Below, piece after piece: positions 55,319 to 64,000 of a DNA stretch of 64,000 nucleotides. The first letter of the stretch is position 1, and each line of letters opens with the position of its first letter. The notes under the pieces are model-generated. The model saw nothing but the letters and a program-made list of their open reading frames with translations. It did not search any database and was not told where the DNA came from. The position numbers and the translations under genes are program-made. The DNA is from Candidatus Thorarchaeota archaeon (GTDB lineage Archaea > Asgardarchaeota > Thorarchaeia > Thorarchaeales > Thorarchaeaceae): contig JAGSHN010000012.1 of NCBI GenBank assembly GCA_029855935.1, forward strand, positions 128,001 to 192,000. The letters run 5' to 3'.

Positions 55319-55337
55319 TGTGCAAGGCCATTGCACA
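55319..55337. promoter_or_regulatory. Palindromic operator next to a TATA-like box
   Basis: TGTGCAA-N5-TTGCACA immediately upstream of CTTATA (55341-55346). Confidence 0.55.
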
Positions 55338-55378
55338 ACCCTTATACACGGATTGTATCGATTGTATTCCGGTGAGTC

Positions 55379-55756
55379 ATGACTACGCACGATCCGCTGG
55401 ACGGGATATTCTCACGTGGGTTCGACAAGCCGTCCGACTTCCTGTGTTGCGCGTGTGGGCTTAGGACGACCGAGATTGACACTTACTTTGCTCTGCTCTC
55501 TGGAGAGAAAACGGTAGAGGAGATACGGGAGATCATCAACAGAGACCGCACCACTGTTCAGCGGGTGCTGAGTCGTCTGTACAAGAAGGGGCTGGTCGTT
55601 CGTGAGGCCCGTACCTTTCCACGCGGCGGATACTACTACGTCTATCGTGCGGTTTCCACCAAGGACGTGAAGCGACGCATCTTGGAGCAACTGGAGCGCT
55701 GGTATCAGGAGACGAAAAGGTTCTTAATGGAGTCGTGGCCGGACCCGCCCGAATAG
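55379..55756 (+). CDS. Lrs14/TrmB-like HTH regulator
   Basis: CACGLRTTEIDTYFALL, RDRTTVQRVLSRL..KGLVVR, GGYYYVY. Confidence 0.88.
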   Translation: MTTHDPLDGIFSRGFDKPSDFLCCACGLRTTEIDTYFALLSGEKTVEEIREIINRDRTTVQRVLSRLYKKGLVVREARTFPRGGYYYVYRAVSTKDVKRRILEQLERWYQETKRFLMESWPDPPE

Positions 55757-55781
55757 TACATCCAAGTGGGGTACGACTGAG

Positions 55782-56354
55782 ATGGAATCGATTCCCGTCC
55801 AAAAGAGCAATGTCGTCTGGCTGGCAACTCTGTCCATGGTGGCAGCGCTTGGCGCAGTGTTCAGGCTCTTCGTCCGAATACCTGTCATTCCCGATTGGGT
55901 GGAGCTCACACCAGCCTTCACGTTCTCCGAGCTTGGAGGAGTCATCGGTGGGATTCCGGGTGGGATCTTTGTCGGTGCGGTTGTCGGAGTGGCCGGAGCA
56001 ATGGCTGGTGGCGAGGTCCCGCTGTTGCCAGCAATTGGTAACATCTGCCTTGGGATAGGCACTGGGTACGCGATTCACGTGACTCGTGAGCGTGACAGCG
56101 TTCTATACTGGGTGCTTGCAATAGTTGGCGGTGCGTTCATTGGCGGATTTATACCCACGCTGACTATCTTCGGTGGATTCTCACTGTCTCTTGAGGCGTC
56201 GATAGTCCCCGCGACCATCGATGGCTTGCAGGCCGCTCTGTGGGCATTTGTCGCTCTTGTGTTGGAGCGGACGGTGGTGCGCCCGATTGCTGGTGTCTAC
56301 CTCTACCCAAATGTTGAAGGTCAGAGTCCGTCGTCTGAAACGACGGAGGAATAG
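55782..56354 (+). CDS. ECF S-component-like membrane protein
   Basis: LSMVAALGAV, RIPVIP, ELGGVIGGIPGG; about 6 TM. Confidence 0.68.
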   Translation: MESIPVQKSNVVWLATLSMVAALGAVFRLFVRIPVIPDWVELTPAFTFSELGGVIGGIPGGIFVGAVVGVAGAMAGGEVPLLPAIGNICLGIGTGYAIHVTRERDSVLYWVLAIVGGAFIGGFIPTLTIFGGFSLSLEASIVPATIDGLQAALWAFVALVLERTVVRPIAGVYLYPNVEGQSPSSETTEE

Positions 56355-56356
56355 GC

Positions 56357-57007
56357 TTGACTGGCAAGACGATCACGATAGATGTGAGGCAGGACCTCTT
56401 CGGTGCTAACGAGGAGGCGGCTGCTATCAATGCGGCAGTCTTCCGTGAGCACGGCAACCGGGTGTTCGACATAATGGGCTCCGTGGGCACCGGGAAGACC
56501 CTGCTCATCGAGTCCCTGTGCGAGCGTCTTGGTGACAAGTATCGCATTCTGATGGTCGCAGGCGACCTTGCAACCTCGATCGATGCTGACAGGGTGGCGC
56601 AGCACGGCGTCGACACGCTCCAGATCAACACACAGACTGCGTGTCATCTCGATGCAAGAATGGTGCGGGTGGCCCTGAGGGATGTCGACCTGTCAAAGTA
56701 CGATGTCATCTTCATAGAGAACGTGGGGAACTTGATCTGTCCGGCAGGGTACCCTCTCGGCGCAGAGAAGAAGATAGTCATTGTCAGTCTCACTGAGGGC
56801 CCCTACATGATTCGAAAGCATCCGCTGACAATCAAACGATGCGACGCAGTGGTCATCAACAAGATCGACCTTGCGGAGGCTCTTGAGATTGATGTTGATG
56901 CAATCGAACGCGACATTCGAGAGATTGACGCGAAGATACCTGTCGTCAGGGTCAGTGCGAAGACTGGCACGGGTATTGACGACCTCATTCAGGTACTCGG
57001 TCTGTAA
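56357..57007 (+). CDS. hypB: Hydrogenase nickel-incorporation GTPase HypB
   Basis: GSVGTGKT, GDL, CHLDA, ENVGNLICPA, NKIDL, SAKTG. Confidence 0.94.
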   Translation: MTGKTITIDVRQDLFGANEEAAAINAAVFREHGNRVFDIMGSVGTGKTLLIESLCERLGDKYRILMVAGDLATSIDADRVAQHGVDTLQINTQTACHLDARMVRVALRDVDLSKYDVIFIENVGNLICPAGYPLGAEKKIVIVSLTEGPYMIRKHPLTIKRCDAVVINKIDLAEALEIDVDAIERDIREIDAKIPVVRVSAKTGTGIDDLIQVLGL

Positions 57008-57009
57008 CC

Positions 57010-57714
57010 CTATCTCTGTGACTCGGACCTCAATCTTGCCAGAAGGTGATCCCTGACTCCCTCTATGTGCCCTGCACCGAGAACCGCAACTATCTTGCCC
57101 TTGACATCTCCTAGAATTGACTCCAGTGCCCGTGCTACATATTCGTCGCGCTGGTCTATCAGTGCGTCCGTGATTGCGGGGAACTCGCTGCGAAACTGTG
57201 CCATCATCTCGGCCACGCCCTCCTCTGTCTTCAGGGAGTCCACGTACTCCTTGGCCTCTCCTGAGGCGACCTCTTGTGCGGTCTCGGGTATCAGATTCAT
57301 CAGTCTGTAGATCTCGTCCAATGGGACCTTCATCAATGCCCTCATGGTCTCCCTAATGGGCCTGTCAACGAGTGCTATCTTCGCCCCGATTCTCCGGCCC
57401 TCCTCGATGGCTGCAAGCATCTCTGCTCCAACGCCCGAACCCATCTGATTGCCGAGGGCCAACTCAAGGCTGGCAATCTGCTGCATCAGGTTCTCGATTG
57501 GATCGCCGGACGACACAAACTCTGTCAGGTCCACTCGCCCGCCATCCCTCACCTGTTCGTACCTCTCTCTATCGAGCTCAACTGCCACGACCTCGGGTCT
57601 CTCGTTTCGGACTATCTCGCGTACCCGCTCTATGCTCTCAGTATCCGTATGAATCACAGGAACGAATATTATTCGCTCGATATCTTTCTCTGTCATCGCT
57701 GGCGGGAGAGACAC
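57010..57714 (-). CDS. TraB/PrgY family protein
   Basis: VAVELDRER, GAEMLAA, LVDRPI, LIDQRDEY, VLGAGH. Confidence 0.88.
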   Translation of the reverse strand: MSLPPAMTEKDIERIIFVPVIHTDTESIERVREIVRNERPEVVAVELDRERYEQVRDGGRVDLTEFVSSGDPIENLMQQIASLELALGNQMGSGVGAEMLAAIEEGRRIGAKIALVDRPIRETMRALMKVPLDEIYRLMNLIPETAQEVASGEAKEYVDSLKTEEGVAEMMAQFRSEFPAITDALIDQRDEYVARALESILGDVKGKIVAVLGAGHIEGVRDHLLARLRSESQR

Positions 57715-57841
57715 ACAACCATCTTAACTTGTTTTCCACAGATGAGCCCTATCACTGGGCGGTGCAGCTGGTTGCAGCCCAGCATGAGCGTTACAAAGCT
57801 TTTTCACGAACGCGTCCAGTATCACGTCCGGTTGAGAAAAG

Positions 57842-58198
57842 ATGTGGCCAGACATGGACGTGGCTTTCTCAAAACTGATGAATCCAAGGATGCGTGTGGG
57901 CATCACCGTTCTTCAGACGCTGCTGACTCAGCTTCACGGTCCTCCGGTGCCCCCGAAGGAGGTCCGTGATCAGCTGAGAGAGATGTTTGGAGAGACTAGG
58001 ATATCGAAGCAATCAATCACAAATGCAGCTAGGCGGCTCTACGAACTTCATCTGCTTGAGCGACCCCAGGAGGGAGGCTATTCGGTCCGCTACGGCTATC
58101 TCATCGCTATATTGGTGGGTGCCATGATGGACTTGGTGAAACGTGTCGAGTCCCTTGAGGACGAGATAGAGAGTCTACGTCGGCCACGACAGCCCTGA
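57842..58198 (+). CDS. Hypothetical wHTH-like protein with C-terminal coiled coil
   Basis: ISKQSITNAARRLYELHLLER..GGYSV; LVKRVESLEDEIESLR. Confidence 0.62.
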   Translation: MWPDMDVAFSKLMNPRMRVGITVLQTLLTQLHGPPVPPKEVRDQLREMFGETRISKQSITNAARRLYELHLLERPQEGGYSVRYGYLIAILVGAMMDLVKRVESLEDEIESLRRPRQP

Positions 58199-59380
58199 CT
58201 ATGCCGGAATGGTCGTTGAGATATCGTCGAGGTCGTTGAAGAAGGCGTTGATGGCACCCTCTTTGACGTGAGGCATTATCACCAGCCTGAGCGTGGGCGG
58301 CAGCGGCGATGTGGCCAGCCTCCATCCGCGAGCCTCCATCCTCTCGACTATGTCATCAAGAGGGACCTCCCTGCTCTCTATTCCAACAATGTTCATCACG
58401 GGGCTGATGGCCAAGTCCAGCAACGGGTTCTGTTCGACTCTGTTGACAACGTGATCGGTCCGCTTCATGCATGTTTCAACGACCTTGCGATATCCCTCTC
58501 TTCCCAGATGTTTCATTATGGCCCAGGCTGCAATGATAGGTGCTGCGGGTCGTGTTCCGAGGATCGACACCTGGACGGCACTCTCCCCTCTGAGATAAGG
58601 CACGGTCTTTGTGATGCGCCGAACGTAGCCCTTGTTGCGGAAGATGATGGCGCCTGCTGGGATTGGTGCCAGCCCCATCTTGTGAGGGTCAACACTGACG
58701 CTTGTCACACCGTCGACCTCGAACGCGAATCTGTAGTCACCTCTTCCGAGATCATTTAGAAATGGAATGACAAAGCCGCCGAAGGCAGCATCGATGTGCA
58801 GCGGAAGCCGATGGTCCTTGGCAATCTCGGCAATCTCCTCTATCGGGTCTATCTGGCCAAGATAGGTTGTCCCGGCAGTCAGCACGATACCGACAGTGTT
58901 CTCGTTGATCTTCCTCTCGATGTCCTTGGGTACCGCTCGGTATTCCCTGTCAACGCGTGTTCGGACTACCTTGACCCCAAGCAGCCATCCCGCCTTGTCG
59001 ATGGACGAGTGGGCTGTCCTCGGAGCGACTACCTCGGGCCGTTCGACCCTCCGTCTCGCCTTCTCTCTCGCGGCGAGTATTGCAAGGATGTTGGACTCGG
59101 TGCCTCCCGAGGTCGTCGTACCGTAGGCCTCGCCCCTGAGATTGAGGAGGTCGGCTATCATCCTTAGTAGCTCCTGCTCAATGCGCGCCGATCCCTGAAA
59201 CGTATGAAGGCGCCCAGCATTCTTCTCGAGGGTTCTTGAGAACACCTCCACTCCTAGGCTGTGCGGTATCGTGGACATTGATGCCACAGGATGACCGCTG
59301 CTGTACGTGCTGTCTGCTCTCAGCAATGCATCAAGCTCTTCCAGCACCTCGGTCCGATTCTGACCCTTCTCTTCGAACAT
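58199..59380 (-). CDS. mfnA: PLP-dependent L-aspartate/L-tyrosine decarboxylase
   Basis: SGGTESN, AHSSIDKA, HIDAAFGG, DPHKMG, GTRP, LVIMPH. Confidence 0.9.
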   Translation of the reverse strand: MFEEKGQNRTEVLEELDALLRADSTYSSGHPVASMSTIPHSLGVEVFSRTLEKNAGRLHTFQGSARIEQELLRMIADLLNLRGEAYGTTTSGGTESNILAILAAREKARRRVERPEVVAPRTAHSSIDKAGWLLGVKVVRTRVDREYRAVPKDIERKINENTVGIVLTAGTTYLGQIDPIEEIAEIAKDHRLPLHIDAAFGGFVIPFLNDLGRGDYRFAFEVDGVTSVSVDPHKMGLAPIPAGAIIFRNKGYVRRITKTVPYLRGESAVQVSILGTRPAAPIIAAWAIMKHLGREGYRKVVETCMKRTDHVVNRVEQNPLLDLAISPVMNIVGIESREVPLDDIVERMEARGWRLATSPLPPTLRLVIMPHVKEGAINAFFNDLDDISTTIPA

Positions 59381-59491
59381 TGTCTATGCTCCGTGGGCTG
59401 GCCAGCTGTCTGGCGCGAGTTCTCTGTATTCTCTGGTATAATCATTGTGGCCATTACGACGCAACAGTGACAGCACGTGAGAATGAGAATA

Positions 59492-59566
59492 TGGGGCCCG
59501 AGGCGGGAATCGAACCCGCCGCCAAGGATCCACAGTCCTTGAGGTTGCCACTACCCCACTCGGGCC
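59492..59566 (-). tRNA. tRNA-His(GTG) with encoded G-1 and CCA
   Basis: Minus strand G-GCCCGAG...AAGGA-CTGTGGA-TCCTT...GTTCGATTC...CTCGGGC-C-CCA. Confidence 0.95.
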
Positions 59567-59706
59567 ATAGGTGTGATAGACCTTCAGGATTCGCTCCTGT
59601 GGGCCGCTCTTATTAGCTTATCTGTGCATCTCCGTTGTTGACGAGGAGTTCCCAAAGAGATATCGCCATCGGAGTCAGAGTGACCGGACGGATGGTGACC
59701 CTCACA

Positions 59707-60009
59707 ATGGGCGGATCAGGCAAGATAGTCATCAGGGTCAGAGAGGTGAGAGGACAGTGCCCAATCTTCACACCCGGCGACACCATCACCATTGATGGCG
59801 CTGAGCTGGACATGAAGGCCACAGACGCATATTGTGTATGGGCATCCGCATCCTTCTTGCCGTACCTAGTTGCCGCGCGCTACGGTGTACCTGCTGATGA
59901 GATAGGGTTGGGAACGGCCCCGACACAACCATATGTCGTCCAGTGCCTAGACCCAGGACCACCACTGACACCAGGCGGAACTGTCGTGTTCGAGATTCGG
60001 CGGGAGTGA
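59707..60009 (+). CDS. TIGR04076-like small Cys protein
   Basis: RVREVRGQCPIFTPGD, YCVWA, VQCLDPGPP.TPGGTVVFEI. Confidence 0.82.
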   Translation: MGGSGKIVIRVREVRGQCPIFTPGDTITIDGAELDMKATDAYCVWASASFLPYLVAARYGVPADEIGLGTAPTQPYVVQCLDPGPPLTPGGTVVFEIRRE

Positions 60010-60034
60010 GCTAGAACCTATCCCCCAGCTCTAT

Positions 60035-60496
60035 TCAATGTCTGTGGTGCCTCTCGTGGTCCTCATCATCGGGTAGCGAGAAGACAAAGAGGCGCACGTA
60101 CTTGATGCCCGACAACCCGCTGATGGTGTTGGCCAGATTCTCGATGTCTTTGCGGTCACCACGTATGGTCAGTGCCTCGAAACAGTGAGAATGGGTGAGG
60201 TGCACATGAACGGTGGAGATCACGTGTGCCCTAGATCTGTGCTGTGCGCGTATCAGTTCAGCCATCAGACGTGGCTTGTGTTCATACACAATGTTCAATG
60301 CCGCAAGGCGCCCCTCTTGCTGGGACTCCCATTCGCACTGCGCGATGAAGGCACGCATGGCATCTCGTATGGCCTCTGATCTGCCAACATAGCCCCTCTC
60401 TATCACAATCTCATCAAACCTCTTGAGGAGGTCTGCAGGCACAGAGACTCCAAACCTCTTCAGCTCAATCTCGTTCGTCGATGTAGATGATGTCAT
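60035..60496 (-). CDS. nikR: Nickel-responsive regulator NikR
   Basis: RFGVSVP..LL.RFD, RSEAIRDAMR, HVHLTHSHCFE, His-rich tail. Confidence 0.94.
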   Translation of the reverse strand: MTSSTSTNEIELKRFGVSVPADLLKRFDEIVIERGYVGRSEAIRDAMRAFIAQCEWESQQEGRLAALNIVYEHKPRLMAELIRAQHRSRAHVISTVHVHLTHSHCFEALTIRGDRKDIENLANTISGLSGIKYVRLFVFSLPDDEDHERHHRH

Positions 60497-60542
60497 TATG
60501 TGTCCTCCTCTGTGTCACCCTTGACACAGGGCAGCTACATTC

Positions 60543-60569
60543 GTGCCACGATTTTTCCGATAGTAACAC
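60543..60569. promoter_or_regulatory. Candidate NikR operator
   Basis: GTGCCAC-N13-GTAACAC pseudo-palindrome between divergent nikR and cbiM, abutting TATA-like CTTAAGTA. Confidence 0.55.
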
Positions 60570-60624
60570 ACTTAAGTACCTTTGCCCGACGCGGCCCCAT
60601 CGCATCAGGGAGATGCAGATAACC

Positions 60625-61320
60625 GTGCACGTTCCCGATGGAGTAGTACCTCTGTACCTGCAACTCATACTATTCGTGGTGAGTATAGCCTTCATTGTCA
60701 CCGCAGTAAGACGTGTCAACGGGCGACTTGACGAGAGGACCGTGCCCTATATCGGAGTCCTAGCGGCTGTGATTTTTGCAGCACAGTTCGTCAACTTTCC
60801 CGTACCGCCCTCGAGTGGTCACCTGATCGGCTCCACGATGGTGGCGGTCATGCTGGGTCCCTGGGCGGGAATGTTGGTGATCGCACTTGTTCTGTTCATT
60901 CAGGCGCTCTACGGCGACGGCGGAATGCTGACCTACGGCCTGAACTTCTTCAATATGGGTGCGTTCTCATGCCTCTTTGGATGGCTCCTTGCGCTCTCAC
61001 TGTTCAAGGCGCTGAAGAAGAGGATGGACGAGAAGAGGGCGGTCCTCGTGGCAACATCTCTTGCATCGTATGTCACGACAGTTGTGGCCGCGTTCATACT
61101 CGGCATCGAACTCCAGACGGTCCCCGGCTTTGGCGTAGCAGGTCTGCTTGTCATCACGGGCATTCACGCGGTGATCGCTGTGGGCGAGGCCGTCTTGACG
61201 TTCGTCATAATGCTCTATTTCGTCAAGGCTCGGCCACAGATAATATCGTTCCTCAGCGGCAGCGAGGTCGCGGAGCTCGCCCCCGCGGTGGACGCGCCCT
61301 GGGCAAGACCAGCAGAGTGA
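60625..61320 (+). CDS. cbiM: Ni/Co ECF substrate component CbiM/NikM
   Basis: GTG start gives the conserved M-H-V-P-D-G N-terminus; SSGHLIG, QALYGDGG, GIHAVIAVGE. Confidence 0.93.
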   Translation: MHVPDGVVPLYLQLILFVVSIAFIVTAVRRVNGRLDERTVPYIGVLAAVIFAAQFVNFPVPPSSGHLIGSTMVAVMLGPWAGMLVIALVLFIQALYGDGGMLTYGLNFFNMGAFSCLFGWLLALSLFKALKKRMDEKRAVLVATSLASYVTTVVAAFILGIELQTVPGFGVAGLLVITGIHAVIAVGEAVLTFVIMLYFVKARPQIISFLSGSEVAELAPAVDAPWARPAE

Positions 61321-61338
61321 GCTCGGGAGGTAGAGAGA

Positions 61339-61626
61339 ATGGAGAGAGACGAGTTCGTCCGGTTTGTCATCCCCGTGGTCATTGTGCTGATTGCAATTCT
61401 GGCTGTGGTCATACTCGGCAATCTAGTATCGTCCAATCCTGATGGGTTCGAGTGGGCCCTCTTTGAGTTTGCCCACGTGTCAGAGCCAACAGGCGGCTTT
61501 GAGGGTATCTGGGCGTTTCTCGGTGAGGGACCTCTCGTTGAGGTCGTTGCCGGAGCCCTGGGAGTGATCATAGCGTTGATGCTCGGGCTGCTGTTGTTCC
61601 GTGCGATGGCGCGGAAGGAGCGCTGA
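61339..61626 (+). CDS. NikN/PDGLE-domain component
   Basis: SSNPDGFE between two TM helices. Confidence 0.85.
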   Translation: MERDEFVRFVIPVVIVLIAILAVVILGNLVSSNPDGFEWALFEFAHVSEPTGGFEGIWAFLGEGPLVEVVAGALGVIIALMLGLLLFRAMARKER

Positions 61627-61671
61627 GCGAGAGTCCCTCGATATAGAGTCTAGTGTATCGAACGACAATGC

Positions 61672-62505
61672 GTGACTGGTTGGCAACAGGGGGTTGATAC
61701 ATTGAGCCGGTTCCTACTACCGTTCACAGAACGGCCAGACACACAGGGGGCCTTCTCTCCAGCTGGCAAGCTGCTGATGGCCGCTGGGACAGGACTGGTC
61801 ATAACGGCTCAGGCTCAGCCCCTCACGGTCGCCATCCTACTGGCCCTGATTATCGCGGGCGCTGTCGTCACGCATACCAGGTGGCGGACGGTCTTGGATC
61901 TGGCGCTTCGTTTCGAGACGATAGTCGTTGCTTGGATTCTGATTGAGCCATTCATCTATGGTCAGACCGTGATTGCTCGTCTGACGATTCCATTCGGCTC
62001 TCTACCCATCTTTGCGGAGGGACTGGAGGTCGGTCTTCTTCTGGGACTGAGAATGATGACGCTCCTTCTCCTGTTTCTGATAGTCCTGTCACATATGACC
62101 CTGAGCGAGTTTGTCGACGGACTGCGCACACTGCACGTGCCATTCGTGATCGTGAGTTCTCTGATGGTGATGCTCAGGTACATCCCCTTGTTTATGGAGG
62201 AGAGAAACCGTCTTCAGGAGGCCCAGACGCTAAGAGGCTTCCACAGAGGCACCCGGGTGGAGCGTATCTCCTCGCTCGGCTATCTTGTCGGGACGATAAT
62301 TGATCGCGCTCTTGACAGGAGTGTCGCCGTCTACGAGTCAATGACGCTGAAGGGCCTCGGTCTTGGAGGTGGCGCTCACGGTAGTGGTCTACGCAGGGCC
62401 GATGCAGCGCTGCTGCTCGTCCCCGTAGTAATGCTGGTCCTCTCTTGGTGGTTGCTACCTGTTCTCTCGGAGGTTGTGTCATTATGGTATATGCGGTTCT
62501 TGTGA
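61672..62505 (+). CDS. cbiQ: ECF transmembrane component CbiQ/EcfT
   Basis: LRYIPLF, AQTLRG, SMTLKG. Confidence 0.88.
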   Translation: MTGWQQGVDTLSRFLLPFTERPDTQGAFSPAGKLLMAAGTGLVITAQAQPLTVAILLALIIAGAVVTHTRWRTVLDLALRFETIVVAWILIEPFIYGQTVIARLTIPFGSLPIFAEGLEVGLLLGLRMMTLLLLFLIVLSHMTLSEFVDGLRTLHVPFVIVSSLMVMLRYIPLFMEERNRLQEAQTLRGFHRGTRVERISSLGYLVGTIIDRALDRSVAVYESMTLKGLGLGGGAHGSGLRRADAALLLVPVVMLVLSWWLLPVLSEVVSLWYMRFL

Positions 62506-63257
62506 AGAACGTAGAGTTCGACTACGGAACATTCTCTCTACGTGACGTGTCTATGGCGCTCCGAGAGGGAGAGCAGAAGGCGCTGCTCGGTCCAAATGGT
62601 TCCGGGAAGACCACACTCCTTCGCCTCATCCTCGGGCTGTTGCGTCCGTCATCGGGTGAGATATCGGTCCTTGGGATTCCGGTGATTCCTGAGAACTTCT
62701 GGCAGGTTCGTCAGAGAGTGGGCTATCTGTTCCAGAATCCCCAGGATCAGCTGTTCGCCCCCACGGTGTGGGAGGATGTGGCCTTCGGGCCGCGCAATCT
62801 CGGCCTCTGTGATGATGAGGTCGAGCAACGAGTGCAATGGGCGCTGGACATAGTTGAGATGAGTGACCTCGCGTATCGACCGGTCAACAAGCTCAGTCAC
62901 GGGCAGGCGAAGCGAGCAGCTCTGGCCGGAGTCATTGCCATGCGTCCTCAGATCCTCTTCCTTGACGAGCCATTCACAGGTCTCGACTTCCGGATGGTGC
63001 GCAACATGGTCGACATCGTTGACAGACTCAGGTCTGACGGAGGAGTTAGCGTCCTCTTCACCACGCACAATCGATTCTTTGTCGAGAACTGGGCGGAGAG
63101 TGTTGTGGTGATGGATGCGGGACGGGTGGTGTTTGATGGGCCTGTGGAGGATGCCTTGGCTGACGAGAGGGTCAGGTCGGTCATTGGTGACTGGGAGTCG
63201 CTGAGGAGAGAGATGCGTAGTCCCGACTGCGTGGCGGAGCGGCGCCGTTACGGTTAA
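62484..63257 (+). CDS. cbiO: ECF ATPase CbiO/EcfA
   Basis: GPNGSGKTT, FQNPQDQLFAPTV, LSHGQ, LDEP, TTH. Confidence 0.93.
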   Translation: MVYAVLVKNVEFDYGTFSLRDVSMALREGEQKALLGPNGSGKTTLLRLILGLLRPSSGEISVLGIPVIPENFWQVRQRVGYLFQNPQDQLFAPTVWEDVAFGPRNLGLCDDEVEQRVQWALDIVEMSDLAYRPVNKLSHGQAKRAALAGVIAMRPQILFLDEPFTGLDFRMVRNMVDIVDRLRSDGGVSVLFTTHNRFFVENWAESVVVMDAGRVVFDGPVEDALADERVRSVIGDWESLRREMRSPDCVAERRRYG

Positions 63258-63285
63258 AAGGCTCTGTGGATGAAACGGAGAATAG

Positions 63286-63373
63286 GCGGAGGTTGCCAAG
63301 CCAGGTCAAAGGCGCGAGGTTCAGGTCCTCGTCTCGTAGGAGTTCGCGAGTTCAAATCTCGCCCTCCGCACCA
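63286..63373 (+). tRNA. tRNA-Leu(CAG), long variable arm, CCA encoded
   Basis: GCGGAGG/CCTCCGC acceptor, CGAGG-TTCAGGT-CCTCG, variable arm CTCGTAGGAG, GTTCAAATC, ACCA. Confidence 0.96.
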
Positions 63374-63510
63374 TCTATCTTCTGCTCATCTTTTGCCCAA
63401 CGGGTGAGAGCATGATTGTATTGTTTTTCCGGTGACAACGCGATAGTGTCCATCTCGACAGGGGTGCCTATCTGCCACGAGATTAGGAGCGGATCGGATA
63501 TGCTGCATTG

Positions 63511-63960
63511 CTACTCTGGCTCGGGCATCAGGAACATACTCTCCACGCTCTCGACACCCTTGAGCCTCTGCAGCTCTTGAGATAGAAAACGTGATAGCTC
63601 TGCCATGTTATGTACCCTGACGAGGCAGACCACGTTGGCAGGGCCTGATGTCCAGTAGACCTGATGCACCTCCTCATACTCCTGAAGCTGGTGATAGATC
63701 TCCTCGGACTTGCCTGGACGCGATGTCACAAGTACGAGAACGTGGATGTCATACCCGAGGCGACGATAGTCTATGTCGATGGTAAACCGCCTGATGATAC
63801 CTATGTCCATCAGGCGAGCGATCCGGTTCCGTACCGACCCTGCACTGAGCTTCACCTCTTTTGCGATGTTCCGCAGGGAGCGCCGCGAGTCCTCTCTCAA
63901 CAGCCTGATTATCTTGAGATCTCGTGCGTCTATCTTGGTACTACCCACTGCCACTATCAC
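63511..63960 (-). CDS. Lrp/AsnC family regulator
   Basis: IDARDLKIIRLLREDSRRSLRNIAKEV.LS...VRNRI.RL...GIIRRFT, SGPAN. Confidence 0.93.
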   Translation of the reverse strand: MIVAVGSTKIDARDLKIIRLLREDSRRSLRNIAKEVKLSAGSVRNRIARLMDIGIIRRFTIDIDYRRLGYDIHVLVLVTSRPGKSEEIYHQLQEYEEVHQVYWTSGPANVVCLVRVHNMAELSRFLSQELQRLKGVESVESMFLMPEPE

Positions 63961-64000
63961 TCCCGTCTGAGCATATGGAGCAGGATTGTCTGCACACTAG

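Noticed and set aside
60487-60624. Long N-terminal extensions in the ORF track (cbiM; also helicase 4167, tldD 42286, tldE 40901, tfb 46823, MBL 14714)
   Set aside because: Conserved N-termini, RBS-like motifs and overlaps point to downstream starts.
1-64000. CRISPR arrays, rRNA, transposases, tRNA introns, inteins
   Set aside because: No regularly spaced repeats, rRNA-like tracts or transposase motifs were seen; the tRNAs are contiguous and PolB1 and helicase motifs are uninterrupted.

Overview
Chromosomal, gene-dense, GC-rich window from an Asgard archaeon, most consistent with Thorarchaeia (inferred from archaeal information genes co-occurring with eukaryote-signature proteins). Housekeeping content: 4 intronless CCA-encoding tRNAs (Arg-CCG, Arg-GCG, His-GUG, Leu-CAG), PolB1, AspRS, ArgRS, TFB, Trm11, endonuclease IV, arcS-raSEA, a DUF1998 helicase, nurA-herA-mre11-rad50, tldDE, DGGGP synthase, mfnA, hypB and nikR-cbiMNQO. 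The main discovery is an ESCRT locus (36.7-44.6 kb) whose ESCRT-I and ESCRT-II domains appear re-partitioned. One gene fuses a Vps28-N-like hairpin to a Vps22/EAP30 winged-helix pair. Another joins Zn fingers, a coiled coil, a Vps36-GLUE-like PH domain and a TSG101-like steadiness box. Vps25, Vps4 and a CHMP1-like ESCRT-III lie alongside; no UEV or ubiquitin genes are seen in the window. Other trafficking-like candidates are an IFT52-like cytoplasmic GIFT protein, a mu-homology-domain-like beta protein, a longin-like protein and a Zn-ribbon-Yip1 protein. There are also several apparent pseudoenzymes and a frameshifted wHTH gene missed by the ORF track. No CRISPR array, rRNA or mobile element was seen. 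All homology calls are by-eye comparisons with remembered family sequences, not database searches.
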